From: Polyangiales bacterium
GTDB lineage: Bacteria; Myxococcota_A; Polyangia; Polyangiales; Ga0077539
Assembly: GCA_044229975.1 (NCBI GenBank)
Contig: JBGARZ010000001.1
Location: 224,001-288,000 of the forward strand
Direction: 5' to 3'
Length of the DNA: 64,000 bases
The notes under the pieces are model-generated. The model was not told the origin of the DNA. It searched no databases and saw nothing but the letters and a program-made list of their open reading frames with translations. Both the position numbers and the translations under genes were made by a program. Of the stretch, positions 8,962 through 17,743 are shown one piece after another. The stretch's first letter is position 1. Each line of letters begins with the position of its first letter.

Positions 8962-10005
8962 TCACCCCAGCCGTCGCAGCAGGTCGAGCGCCCGCGAGCG
9001 CCACGGCGCGCGGTGCCCCTCGGCGGTCCCCTCGCCCGCTTCCACGACCGGCGTTGCGAGGTGTGCCCGGTAGGCGTCGATGAGCGCCTCGGCCCCGGTG
9101 CGCTTCGACGACCACCCGAGCGCCTGGAGCTTCGTCGTCGAGAAGGTCATCTCCCGCGACGCCGCGGCCACCATCCACGGGTGCGTCGGCATCGCGCCCA
9201 GCGCATGGAGCGCGAAGAGCGCTCGCTCCACCGGCCACGCCACCGTCGCCACCGGGCGCGCCCGCGTCCCCGCCGCGACGCACAGCGCGCGCACCTCTTC
9301 GAAGACCGTCCCCACCTCCGCCGCGCCCACGTTGAACACGTCGCTCGCCCCACGCGCCGGCGCCGTGAGCAGCGTCTCCACCGCGTCGCATCCGTCGTCG
9401 ATGTGGAGGAGTTGAACCCGGTTGCGACCGTCGCCCACCAGCGGGATGCGACGCCCCTCGCGCACCCACTCGAAGAGGTGATGGAAGAGCCCGCTGCGCC
9501 CCGGCCCCACCACCGGCGGCAAGCGGAGCACTCCGACCGTCATCCCGTTGCGCCGCGCGTTCTGGCAGAGCGCCTCGGCCTCCTGCTTCGAGCGCCCATA
9601 CGGCGACACCGGGTCGACGCCTGCGCGCTCATCCCGCCACGGCGGACCGTCCAGCGCGTACAGCGTCGTCGTCGACAGGAACACCACCCGCTCCACGCCC
9701 GATCGCGCCGCCGCGTCGAGCACGTTGCGCGTGCCGTCGACGTTGCTGCGCCGCACGTCGTCCTTCGCCGAGATGGGGAGCTGCGCCGCCGCGTGCACGA
9801 CCGCGTCAGGGCGCCACCGCGCGAACTCCGCGAGCACTGTTTCGCGCTCGCACAGGTCGATGGTCACGCTCTCCGCGCCGTCGATCCTGCCGGGCACCCG
9901 ATCGACGCACAGCACGCTCCGCCCGCTGCCCACCTGGGCTCGCGCGATGGCCCCGCCGATGAACCCGCTCGCGCCCGTGACGAGCACCCGCGCGGGACCG
10001 CTCAC
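8962..10005 (-). CDS. NAD-dependent epimerase/dehydratase (extended SDR)
   Basis: VLVTGASGFIG, HAAA, NVDGT, YGRSK; GTGA overlap with the upstream SDR. Confidence 0.9.
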   Translation of the reverse strand: MSGPARVLVTGASGFIGGAIARAQVGSGRSVLCVDRVPGRIDGAESVTIDLCERETVLAEFARWRPDAVVHAAAQLPISAKDDVRRSNVDGTRNVLDAAARSGVERVVFLSTTTLYALDGPPWRDERAGVDPVSPYGRSKQEAEALCQNARRNGMTVGVLRLPPVVGPGRSGLFHHLFEWVREGRRIPLVGDGRNRVQLLHIDDGCDAVETLLTAPARGASDVFNVGAAEVGTVFEEVRALCVAAGTRARPVATVAWPVERALFALHALGAMPTHPWMVAAASREMTFSTTKLQALGWSSKRTGAEALIDAYRAHLATPVVEAGEGTAEGHRAPWRSRALDLLRRLG

Positions 10006-10805
10006 CCGGCCGCCCCTTCGCCCCCGTCGACCCGGATGACATTGCCGGTCATCCAGTCGGTGTCCGGCGACGCCAGCGCCACGATGCTCGCCGCCACGTC
10101 CTCCGGGGTCGTCAGCCGCCCCCGCGGGTGCTTCGCCAGCGCGCGCTCGATGAGCGCCTCGTGACCCGGGATGCGCTCCAGCGCAGGCGTCTTCGTCACC
10201 CCCGCGCAGATCGCGTTGGCCGTGAACCCCCTCGCCCCGCCCTCCACCGCGAGCTGTCGCACGTACGACTCCAGCGCCGCCTTCGCCGCGCCCACCGCGC
10301 CGTACGAGGGCAGCGCCTGCGTGCTGCCGCCGCTCGTCATGGCGAACACCCGCCCGTGCGGCCGCAGCCCACCCATGGCGAGCAGGTCTTGCGACCAGTA
10401 GACGAGCGACGTCGCCATCACGTCGAGGGTCATCTCGATCTGCATGCGGGTGAGCGTCTCGGCGCCCTCGTCGGCCACGAGCGGGCGCAGCGATCCGAAG
10501 GCCAGCGAGTGCATGAGCACCCGCACGGTCTCTCCCTTGCCCCGCGCCGCGAGCCGCTCGCCCACCTCGGTGAGCACCGTGCGGCGCTTCGCGTCGTCGG
10601 CCGCGTTGACGTTGAAGAACCACGCCGTGCGCCCCGCCGCCTCGATGTCAGCCCGCACCGCCTCGGCCTGCGGGAGCGTCGCCCGCCGGTCGAGGTGAAC
10701 GCCCACGATGTCCATGCCGGCCCGCGCCAGGGCGCGCGCGGTCGCCGCCCCGATGCCGCTCGACGCGCCCAGCACCAGCGCGAATCCCTCCAGGGTCACG
10801 GCCAC
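10002..10805 (-). CDS. SDR oxidoreductase, enoyl-ACP reductase (FabL/FabI)-like
   Basis: LGASSGIG, YGAVGAAK (Y-x6-K), NAICAG, MTGNVIRVDGG. Confidence 0.85.
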   Translation of the reverse strand: MAVTLEGFALVLGASSGIGAATARALARAGMDIVGVHLDRRATLPQAEAVRADIEAAGRTAWFFNVNAADDAKRRTVLTEVGERLAARGKGETVRVLMHSLAFGSLRPLVADEGAETLTRMQIEMTLDVMATSLVYWSQDLLAMGGLRPHGRVFAMTSGGSTQALPSYGAVGAAKAALESYVRQLAVEGGARGFTANAICAGVTKTPALERIPGHEALIERALAKHPRGRLTTPEDVAASIVALASPDTDWMTGNVIRVDGGEGAAG

Positions 10806-10816
10806 GGCGGCTCCTC

Positions 10817-11608
10817 TCAGAAGGTCAGGGTGTAGCGGGCCGAGAGCCCGAGCCAGAGGTTGAAATTGATGTCCGACGCCGGCGTGTACTCCGTCGAGGT
10901 GCGGGTCACCTCGTCGAGCCCGGGGCGCACCTCGCGCACCTGCGTGAGCTTCGTGGTGCTTCCCCCGACCAGGGTCGTGAACCCGAGGTTGACCCCGATC
11001 GCGAAGCGGGGAATCACCCGGTACTCCACGCCGACCACGAGGGGAATGCCGATGTACGAGGTGTTCCAGGACGTGAGGTTTTGCGGCTCCGTGTACGAGC
11101 GGCTGCGCTGGATGCCGCGCACGAAGTCGATGCCCAGCGAGACGAAGGGGTCGAAGCGCCGACGGTCGCCCGCGCCGTTGAAGAACACCCGCGGCTGTTG
11201 GCGCGCGCCGTTGAGCAGCGAGCCCAGGTAGAGCCGCGCGTACGCGCCGACGTTGTACGAGACGAAGGAGTCGCGCGCGCCGAAGCCCGCCTCCATGGGC
11301 GAGTACTGCCCCGCGGCGCCCAGAAACTGCACGCCCGTGGTGAGCCCCGCGCTCAGGTACGGGAGCATCCGGTAGCCAGCCCCGAGGCGCACGTCGAGGC
11401 CGCCCGAGAAGGCGTCGTAGGGCGTCGCCCCCGCGTCCGTCGAGGTGAAGAACACCCGGTCGCTCGCCGCCGTGAAGTTGCCGTAGCCGAGCGTGAGGTG
11501 CGCCTCGATGCCCCGCTCACCCTCGTGGTCGGGGTGCGTCGCCCACGCGGCGCTCGCCCCCGCCATGACCGCCGAAAACCATGCTGCCTGGGTGGTCGTC
11601 CTACGCAT
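10817..11608 (-). CDS. Probable outer-membrane beta-barrel protein
   Basis: Signal peptide ending AAWA, alternating amphipathic strands, terminal beta-signal LSARYTLTF. Confidence 0.65.
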   Translation of the reverse strand: MRRTTTQAAWFSAVMAGASAAWATHPDHEGERGIEAHLTLGYGNFTAASDRVFFTSTDAGATPYDAFSGGLDVRLGAGYRMLPYLSAGLTTGVQFLGAAGQYSPMEAGFGARDSFVSYNVGAYARLYLGSLLNGARQQPRVFFNGAGDRRRFDPFVSLGIDFVRGIQRSRSYTEPQNLTSWNTSYIGIPLVVGVEYRVIPRFAIGVNLGFTTLVGGSTTKLTQVREVRPGLDEVTRTSTEYTPASDINFNLWLGLSARYTLTF

Positions 11609-11670
11609 TGCGGCGGCGGACTCTCGCACGCCCGAGCGCCTGCGGGGAAGGCCAACCGCAGCCCCGCCCC

Positions 11671-13158
11671 TCACCCCTTGGTGAAGGTCACGAACGACCG
11701 CCGCGGACGCTTGCCCTCGGCCGTCAGCGGCAGCGTGAGGACGAAGCGCGCCCCGCCTCCCGCGCGGTCGGCCACGCCCACGTCACCGTCGTGGTCGAGC
11801 GCGATCTTCCGCACGATGGCGAGTCCGAGGCCCGTGCCCGTGGCCTTCGTCGTGAAGTACGGATCGAACACCTTCTCCTGCTGCGCCGCGGGCACGCCCG
11901 GCCCGTCGTCCTCGACCACCAGCCACGCCTGCTGCGTGGTCTCGGGGCCGTCGGTCTCGCGCACGTCGCGCGTCTCGACCCGCACCCAGACATGACCCCC
12001 GCGGGTGGTCATCGCCTCCACGGCGTTGCGCAGGAGGTTCTCCACGGCGCGACGAAACATGATGCGGTCGATGCGCACCGGCACCGCCGCGTCGCCCGCC
12101 TCGAAGCGCACCTCGACGCCCGGGTCGAGCTCATCGAGCAGCGCCCGCGAGCTCGCCATGTCGCGCACGAACTCCGCGAGATCGGCCGGCGCGGGCTTCA
12201 CGTCGGGCAGCCGCGCGAACTCCGAAAACGCCCCGACGAGCCGACGCAGCGTGGCGACCTCCTCTTCGACCACCTCGCGCGTGGTCTCCAGGGTCTTCGC
12301 GAAGGCCGCGTCGTCGCCCTTGTAACGGCGGGCGAGCTCCTGCACCGCGAGCTGGATGGGCGTCAGCGGGTTCTTGATCTCGTGGGCGAGGCGGCGGGCG
12401 AGCTCCTGCCACCCGGCGATGCGCTGGAGATACTCGACGCGCGACCGCGACATCGCGAGCTCCTCCACCATCTGGTTGAACGCCGACGTCAGCGCCGCCA
12501 GCTCGCCCTCCGCCGCGACGCGCACCGCGAGGTCGCCGCCGCCCACCTTGCCCGCCGCCGTGATGAGCTCCGCGGTACCACCGCTCTTCGGCGCGCCTTC
12601 CTTCGCGGTGCGGAGGATGAGCAGCGCCGTGATGATCGAAGCGAGCGCCGCCGCTCCGAGGACGAAGTGGGTCGCCCTGGTGGACGGCCGCAGCCACGGC
12701 GACGGCGGCGGCGACAGCGACGGCGGCGCCAGGGCGGCGAGCGATTCGCAGTTCTCGTCGAGGGTGATCACGGCCATCACGCCGGGCCTGAGCAAGGACG
12801 ACAGCACCCTCGGCGGGCACCGCGCCGGGACGTGGGGGGCCCCGACGGCGCGCGCCAGCACGAGCCCGTCGGTGGTCATCACCTCGACGCTTCGCACCCC
12901 GCTCACCGAGGACGGGACGCGGGCGATGGTCTCGTCGTTGAGGTCCCGAATCGACGCCAGCTGGGAGAGCACGGCCGTCACCGCGAGGTGCTGCGAGGCG
13001 CGGGACCGCTCGACCAGCCGGTGGAGGTCCCCTTGATGGAGCATCTCCGCGGAACGCCGCATGCCATCCGCGATCAGCGACGAAGCCGCGGTCGGAATCA
13101 GCACGGCGACCAGCACCGCAACCAGGGTTCGGAGAGGGAGGCGCGGCGGGGTCGTCAC
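11671..13158 (-). CDS. Membrane sensor histidine kinase (HAMP-HisKA-HATPase, NtrY-like)
   Basis: Two TM segments, HAMP (GELAALTSAFNQM), H-box LAHEIKNPLTPI, NLLRNA, DDGPG, FTTK..GTGLGL. Confidence 0.92.
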   Translation of the reverse strand: MTTPPRLPLRTLVAVLVAVLIPTAASSLIADGMRRSAEMLHQGDLHRLVERSRASQHLAVTAVLSQLASIRDLNDETIARVPSSVSGVRSVEVMTTDGLVLARAVGAPHVPARCPPRVLSSLLRPGVMAVITLDENCESLAALAPPSLSPPPSPWLRPSTRATHFVLGAAALASIITALLILRTAKEGAPKSGGTAELITAAGKVGGGDLAVRVAAEGELAALTSAFNQMVEELAMSRSRVEYLQRIAGWQELARRLAHEIKNPLTPIQLAVQELARRYKGDDAAFAKTLETTREVVEEEVATLRRLVGAFSEFARLPDVKPAPADLAEFVRDMASSRALLDELDPGVEVRFEAGDAAVPVRIDRIMFRRAVENLLRNAVEAMTTRGGHVWVRVETRDVRETDGPETTQQAWLVVEDDGPGVPAAQQEKVFDPYFTTKATGTGLGLAIVRKIALDHDGDVGVADRAGGGARFVLTLPLTAEGKRPRRSFVTFTKG

Positions 13159-13208
13159 CCGCGGGACAGTACGCTTTCGGCGCGGTGCGATACCATCGCG
13201 GCCCCGCC

Positions 13209-13907
13209 ATGGAAGACACCCTCTCGCCCGACGATTTCCTCGCTGCCCTGCGCGAGGTCGGGGCGCGCAAGTACCACGACAAGCACCGCTTCCACCTGCT
13301 GATGAACGAGGGGCGACTCACCCCCGCTCAGCTCAAGGTGTGGGCCCTCAACCGCTTCTACTACCAGCGCAGCATCCCCTCGAAGGACTGCGCCCTCATG
13401 TCCCGCATGCCCGCCCCAGCCGACCGTCGCCGCTGGCGTCAGCGCCTGCTCGACCAGGACGGCGCCGGGCCCGACGAGGAGGGCGGCATCGAGGCATGGC
13501 TGCGCCTCGTCGAAGCCTGCGGCGGGACGCGCGACGAGGCGTGGGGCGAGGTCGGGCTGCTGCCGGGCGTTCGCTACGCGGTCGACGCGTACGTCACCTT
13601 CGTGCGCGAGCGACCGTGGGTCGAAGGCGTGGCGTCATCGCTGACGGAGCTGTTCTCGCCGTCGCTCATGTCGCTGCGCATCGTGGCCTTCGAGCAGCAC
13701 TACCCCTGGGTCGCCGCCGAGGGGCTCACCTACTTCCGCGGCCGACCCAAGCGCGCCAGCAACGACAGCGACCACGCCGTCGCCATCGTGCTCAAGCACT
13801 GCACCACCCGCGCGGCGCAAGACCGGGCCATCGCGGCGCTCGACTTCAAGTGCGACCTGCTCTGGGCGCAGCTCGACGCCATCTACTGGCACTGCGTCTC
13901 ACCGTGA
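13209..13907 (+). CDS. pqqC: Pyrroloquinoline quinone synthase PqqC
   Basis: YHDKH.FH, WALNRFYYQRSIPSKD, W.QRLLDQDG, GGIEAWL, RYAVDAYV, SSLTELF, FKCDLLWAQLDA. Confidence 0.93.
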   Translation: MEDTLSPDDFLAALREVGARKYHDKHRFHLLMNEGRLTPAQLKVWALNRFYYQRSIPSKDCALMSRMPAPADRRRWRQRLLDQDGAGPDEEGGIEAWLRLVEACGGTRDEAWGEVGLLPGVRYAVDAYVTFVRERPWVEGVASSLTELFSPSLMSLRIVAFEQHYPWVAAEGLTYFRGRPKRASNDSDHAVAIVLKHCTTRAAQDRAIAALDFKCDLLWAQLDAIYWHCVSP

Positions 13908-14188
13908 GCGACGACGCGCTCCGCCCGACGCTCGCCCGACGCGCGCGGATGCGCTGGGACGAGGCGCGCGGTCAGCACGTGGTGGTGGTGCCTGAAGGGG
14001 TGCTGCTGCTCACCGAAGAGGGCGCGGAGATTCTCTCCCTCGTCGACGGTCGCCGCTCGCTCGGCGACGTCACGGACGCTCTGTGTGCGGCGCACCCGGA
14101 GGCTCCGCGCGACGTCATCGCGGCCGACGTGCGCGACTACCTCGGGCGCCTCGTCGAGCGCGGGTATGTCACGCTGGACGCGCCGTGA
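13904..14188 (+). CDS. pqqD: PQQ biosynthesis peptide chaperone PqqD
   Basis: 94-aa RRE-type protein (R.RWDE..G..V..PEG.L.L...GAEIL.L.DG) coupled between pqqC and pqqE. Confidence 0.88.
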   Translation: MSDDALRPTLARRARMRWDEARGQHVVVVPEGVLLLTEEGAEILSLVDGRRSLGDVTDALCAAHPEAPRDVIAADVRDYLGRLVERGYVTLDAP

Positions 14189-15288
14189 CCGAAGCCCCCG
14201 TCGCCCTGCTCGCCGAGCTCACCTACCGCTGCCCGCTGCGCTGCGCGTACTGCTCCAACCCCGCCGACTGGAGCGCCTACACCGACGAGCTCGACACGGC
14301 GACCTGGACGCGGGTGCTGCGCGAGGCCGCCTCCCTCGGCGCGCTGCACGTGCACTTCTCGGGCGGTGAGCCTCTGCTGCGCGACGACCTCGAAGCGCTC
14401 GTGACCGCGGCGCGCGACGCGGGGCTCTACACCAACCTCATCACGTCGGCGTGGCGGGTGACGCGCGAGCGGCTCGCCTCCCTCGCGGACGCCGGGCTCG
14501 ATCATGTGCAGGTGAGCGTTCAGGACAGCGACGCGGCGCTCGCCGACGCGCTCGCGGGGACGACGGCCCACGACCACAAGCTCGTCGCCGCAGGGTGGGT
14601 GAAGTCGCTCGGCATGGCGCTGTCGATCAACGCCGTGCTGCATCGTCGCAACCTCGCGCGCGTCGGCGACCTCATCGCGCTGGCGGAGTCCGTCGGCGCC
14701 GAGCGCCTGGAGCTCGCCAACACCCAGTGGCACGGCAGCGCCCTCGCGCACCGCGACGCGCTGATGCCCGACCGCGAGACGCTGGCGAAGGCGCAGGCCG
14801 TGGCGCTCGCCGAGCGGGCGCGGCTGCGCGGGAAGATGGACGTCATCTGGGTGATCCCCGACTGGTACGAGGACGCGCCGCGGCCGTGCATGGACGGTTG
14901 GGGACGGCGCTTCGTGACGGTCATCCCGGACGGCGCGGTGCTGCCCTGCCCCGGCGCCCATGGGTTGCCCGGGATGGTCATGGACAACGTGCGCGACCGC
15001 TCGCTCGGCGACATCTGGCGGGCGGGCGCCGACTTCGAGCGCTTCCGCGGAACGTCCTGGATGCCCTCGCCGTGCGCCTCGTGCGACCGGCGCGAGGTCG
15101 ACTTCGGCGGGTGCCGCTGCCAGGCCTTCGCGCTCACGGGCGACGTCACGCGCACCGACCCCGCGTGCGCGAAGAGCCCCGACCACGAGCTCATCCGCGC
15201 GCTGCGGCGAGAGCACCCGGCACCCGATGAAGGGGTGCTCGCTCCGCTCTACCGCATCGACCTGCGGCGCTCGCGGCGCGCGTCGTAG
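14185..15288 (+). CDS. pqqE: Radical SAM/SPASM protein PqqE
   Basis: LLAELTYRCPLRCAYCSNP, FSGGEP, LELANTQ, PCMDGWG, C.SC.RREVDFGGCRCQAF, DPAC. Confidence 0.95.
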   Translation: MTEAPVALLAELTYRCPLRCAYCSNPADWSAYTDELDTATWTRVLREAASLGALHVHFSGGEPLLRDDLEALVTAARDAGLYTNLITSAWRVTRERLASLADAGLDHVQVSVQDSDAALADALAGTTAHDHKLVAAGWVKSLGMALSINAVLHRRNLARVGDLIALAESVGAERLELANTQWHGSALAHRDALMPDRETLAKAQAVALAERARLRGKMDVIWVIPDWYEDAPRPCMDGWGRRFVTVIPDGAVLPCPGAHGLPGMVMDNVRDRSLGDIWRAGADFERFRGTSWMPSPCASCDRREVDFGGCRCQAFALTGDVTRTDPACAKSPDHELIRALRREHPAPDEGVLAPLYRIDLRRSRRAS

Positions 15289-15389
15289 CCACCGCACAGG
15301 GGGTGCGCCGTCGATGCGCTCACCGGTGATGTCCGACGACCTGAGGCTCCCGCCGCAGAGGCCGCGACGCGCCGCGCAACACGGGCGGC

Positions 15390-15405
15390 TGGTCCGGTGC
15401 CTGCT
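15390..15405 (+). promoter_or_regulatory. Possible sigma54 promoter
   Basis: TGGTCCGGTGCCTGCT: GG-N10-GC spacing about 100 nt upstream of the 15509 ORF. Confidence 0.3.
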
Positions 15406-15508
15406 TCCATCGCAGCGGGAACTCCGATGACAACCGACGTGGACGGTCGGATGGCGGTGGGGCTCTCGTGCGTTGGCGGTTGAACAGACCCCGTTCGTGG
15501 AGGTGGCG

Positions 15509-15781
15509 ATGAACGCGATGGAGACGATCATGACGTGGCTCAAAGAGGGGGGAGACGCGCGGGTTCGCTACGCACGGGGACACCGCGTGGTGCGGCTCTC
15601 CGAGGTGCCCGAGGAGATGGCCGAGTCGGTCGTGTCGGGCATCGACGACCTGCGACCGGCGACCGTCGAGGACGATGTACGAACCCTGCTCGGGATGGTC
15701 ATCGAGGGCCCGCGGGACGTCGCCCCGTGGCTGCGACGCTACGAAGAATTCTTCGGCAGCCCCTGCGCCGTCGTGACCTGA
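15509..15781 (+). CDS. Small hypothetical protein
   Basis: GGAGG ribosome-binding site before ATG, GC3-biased codons. Confidence 0.65.
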   Translation: MNAMETIMTWLKEGGDARVRYARGHRVVRLSEVPEEMAESVVSGIDDLRPATVEDDVRTLLGMVIEGPRDVAPWLRRYEEFFGSPCAVVT

Positions 15782-15962
15782 CGCACGCGGAAGATCGCCA
15801 CACTGAGACAGGTTTGATCACCCATCGGCTTTGACGCGCTCCCGAAGGAGTCCCCCCAACCACTGAACCGAATGACGGTGTGGCCGACGCCACGCGCCTC
15901 GCGCAGCGCCCGCTCGCGATGGGACGCGACACGCCGACGGTCCTGCGGGCATCCTCCGCGCG

Positions 15963-17093
15963 ATGAGGTTCCAGGGCGTCAAGCCGTCGCTGATTCTTAC
16001 GCAGGTTCGTAACACCGCCGCCTGGGCGCTCGACGGCCCGACCGACGGCGTCGCCCACTCGTGGCGCCGCTCACTGCTCTCGGCCGCGGACATCGCCCAG
16101 GGTCACGACCCCGAAGGCGCCTACCTCCGTCTCATGCTCGCGGCCCACCACGCCACCGTCGCGACCTTCGTCCCCACCGACCTCGACAGCCAGATTCGGT
16201 TCCACGCCTGGCAGCGGTGCAACACGCCCGACGAGCTTCGCGCCGCTGCCGCCGTGCTCGACGAGACGGCGTCGTGGTCGCAGCGCCAGGTGTCGGCCCG
16301 CGTCGTCGACGTGCCCGGCGTCGGGTCGCTCTCGGGTCACGACGGCGAGTGGCTGGCCGTGCGCGCGGGCGCCCTCGGGCGTGCCCTCACCCTCGACGAC
16401 GACGCCACCGCCGACGCGCAGGTCGCCTTCATCGACGCGTCGCTCCAGCGCCACGCCGAGGCCTTCGCCGCCGTGCGCGCCGCGAAGGGCCGCGAGCTCG
16501 TCGCGCTCTCGGTGGTCGCGACCATCGCGCACAACCTCGGCGACCTCTCGCGCGTGGTGGAGTCGTGGCCGTCGAAGTCACCCGCCGCCGTCGGGCTGCG
16601 GCGCCGCTACGCCCGCCTGGGACACGAGACCGAAGGCGACCCGCGCTTCGCCCTCGCGGGGCGCATCTACAAGCGCGCCATGGCCTCCGAAAACCCGCGC
16701 TTCCTCGGGCTGCGCGCGGCGCGCTCGCTGCGGGTGCACCGCGACCTGCTGTCGGGCATCGGGCCCTTCTTCGACGAGTGGGGCGAGGTCATCGCGCGGC
16801 ACCCGGTGCTCGCCGACGACGCGCCGGGCGGCGACCTCGGCGGGCGCGGTGCGGTGCTCGCCGCGCTGGTGTCGAGCCACCTGTCGGCGCCGACGGTGCA
16901 GGGGTTCTTGCGGGCCATCGCAGGATTCCACCGCGTGGTGCCGGGCGGCGTCGAGCGCTACGCCGACGAGGTCGCCGCGAGGGAGCGTGGAGCGTTGAAG
17001 ACGGGGGCGATTCGCGAAGCACTGGGGGTCGACCGCGAGCGCTTCGAGGCGAGGATGGTCAACCGCTACCGGGCGGCGGTCGACGCGGGGTAG
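15963..17093 (+). CDS. Hypothetical protein (helical, His/Asp motifs)
   Basis: 376-aa ORF with normal composition; motifs HHATVATFVPTD, GHDGEWL, HNLGDL, GPFFDEWG. Confidence 0.75.
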   Translation: MRFQGVKPSLILTQVRNTAAWALDGPTDGVAHSWRRSLLSAADIAQGHDPEGAYLRLMLAAHHATVATFVPTDLDSQIRFHAWQRCNTPDELRAAAAVLDETASWSQRQVSARVVDVPGVGSLSGHDGEWLAVRAGALGRALTLDDDATADAQVAFIDASLQRHAEAFAAVRAAKGRELVALSVVATIAHNLGDLSRVVESWPSKSPAAVGLRRRYARLGHETEGDPRFALAGRIYKRAMASENPRFLGLRAARSLRVHRDLLSGIGPFFDEWGEVIARHPVLADDAPGGDLGGRGAVLAALVSSHLSAPTVQGFLRAIAGFHRVVPGGVERYADEVAARERGALKTGAIREALGVDRERFEARMVNRYRAAVDAG

Positions 17094-17600
17094 TCAGTTG
17101 CCGCCGACGCCGGGGATGACCACCTGGACGCCGCCCACGTTGACCCGCGTCTGACCGTTGCCCTGCTGCACGGTAACCGGCGGACCGCCGTTGACGCCGG
17201 GGATGTTGATGGGTGTCGTGGTGGTTCCGTTGCGGGTCGACGGGCGCGCGGTGGTGGGCGCTGCCGCGGCAGCCGTCGGCGCGGCGGGAGCGGGCGCGGT
17301 GCCCGCGTCGGCGGTGGCCATGACCGGCGGTGCGGCCGGGGCAGCGGGCGGAGCGCCGGTCGGAGGCGCGGCGCCCGGAGCGAGGCCGGTCGCGGCGCCT
17401 GCGTCGGGGGTGGCCATGGCGTTGGGGCCGGGCATCACGGTGCCCGCGTCGACCACGGCAACGGGCATCGGCGGCGGCGGGGCGACGGGCGGTGCGGTGG
17501 TGGTCACGGGGGTCGGGGCGGGCGGCGCGGTGGTCTCGTTGCGCTGCTTGCAAGCGACGACCGAGAGGGCGAGGGCGAAGGCGATGCTGGGTGTCTTCAT
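17094..17600 (-). CDS. Pro/Ala/Thr-rich lipoprotein
   Basis: Lipobox VVAC after the signal peptide; low-complexity linker; short beta-rich C-terminus. Confidence 0.75.
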   Translation of the reverse strand: MKTPSIAFALALSVVACKQRNETTAPPAPTPVTTTAPPVAPPPPMPVAVVDAGTVMPGPNAMATPDAGAATGLAPGAAPPTGAPPAAPAAPPVMATADAGTAPAPAAPTAAAAAPTTARPSTRNGTTTTPINIPGVNGGPPVTVQQGNGQTRVNVGGVQVVIPGVGGN

Positions 17601-17743
17601 GGAGGCTTCCGTGAGGGGTGTTGGGAGGGTCAGTCGGCGATGAGACGCGCGAGGCCCGCGATCATTGGCGTGCGCGTCGGCGCGGACACTTCAGTTCGAC
17701 CAGAGGCATCGGCTCACCCTCGGCGGAAGGTTGTACCAGAAGC

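Noticed and set aside
11671..13158. Histidine kinase as dedicated pqq regulator
   Set aside because: Only adjacency supports it; no cognate response regulator or binding site is visible
15289..15781. Possible pqqA downstream of pqqE
   Set aside because: No short ORF with the W..P...ExxxY pattern; the 90-aa ORF does not resemble PqqA
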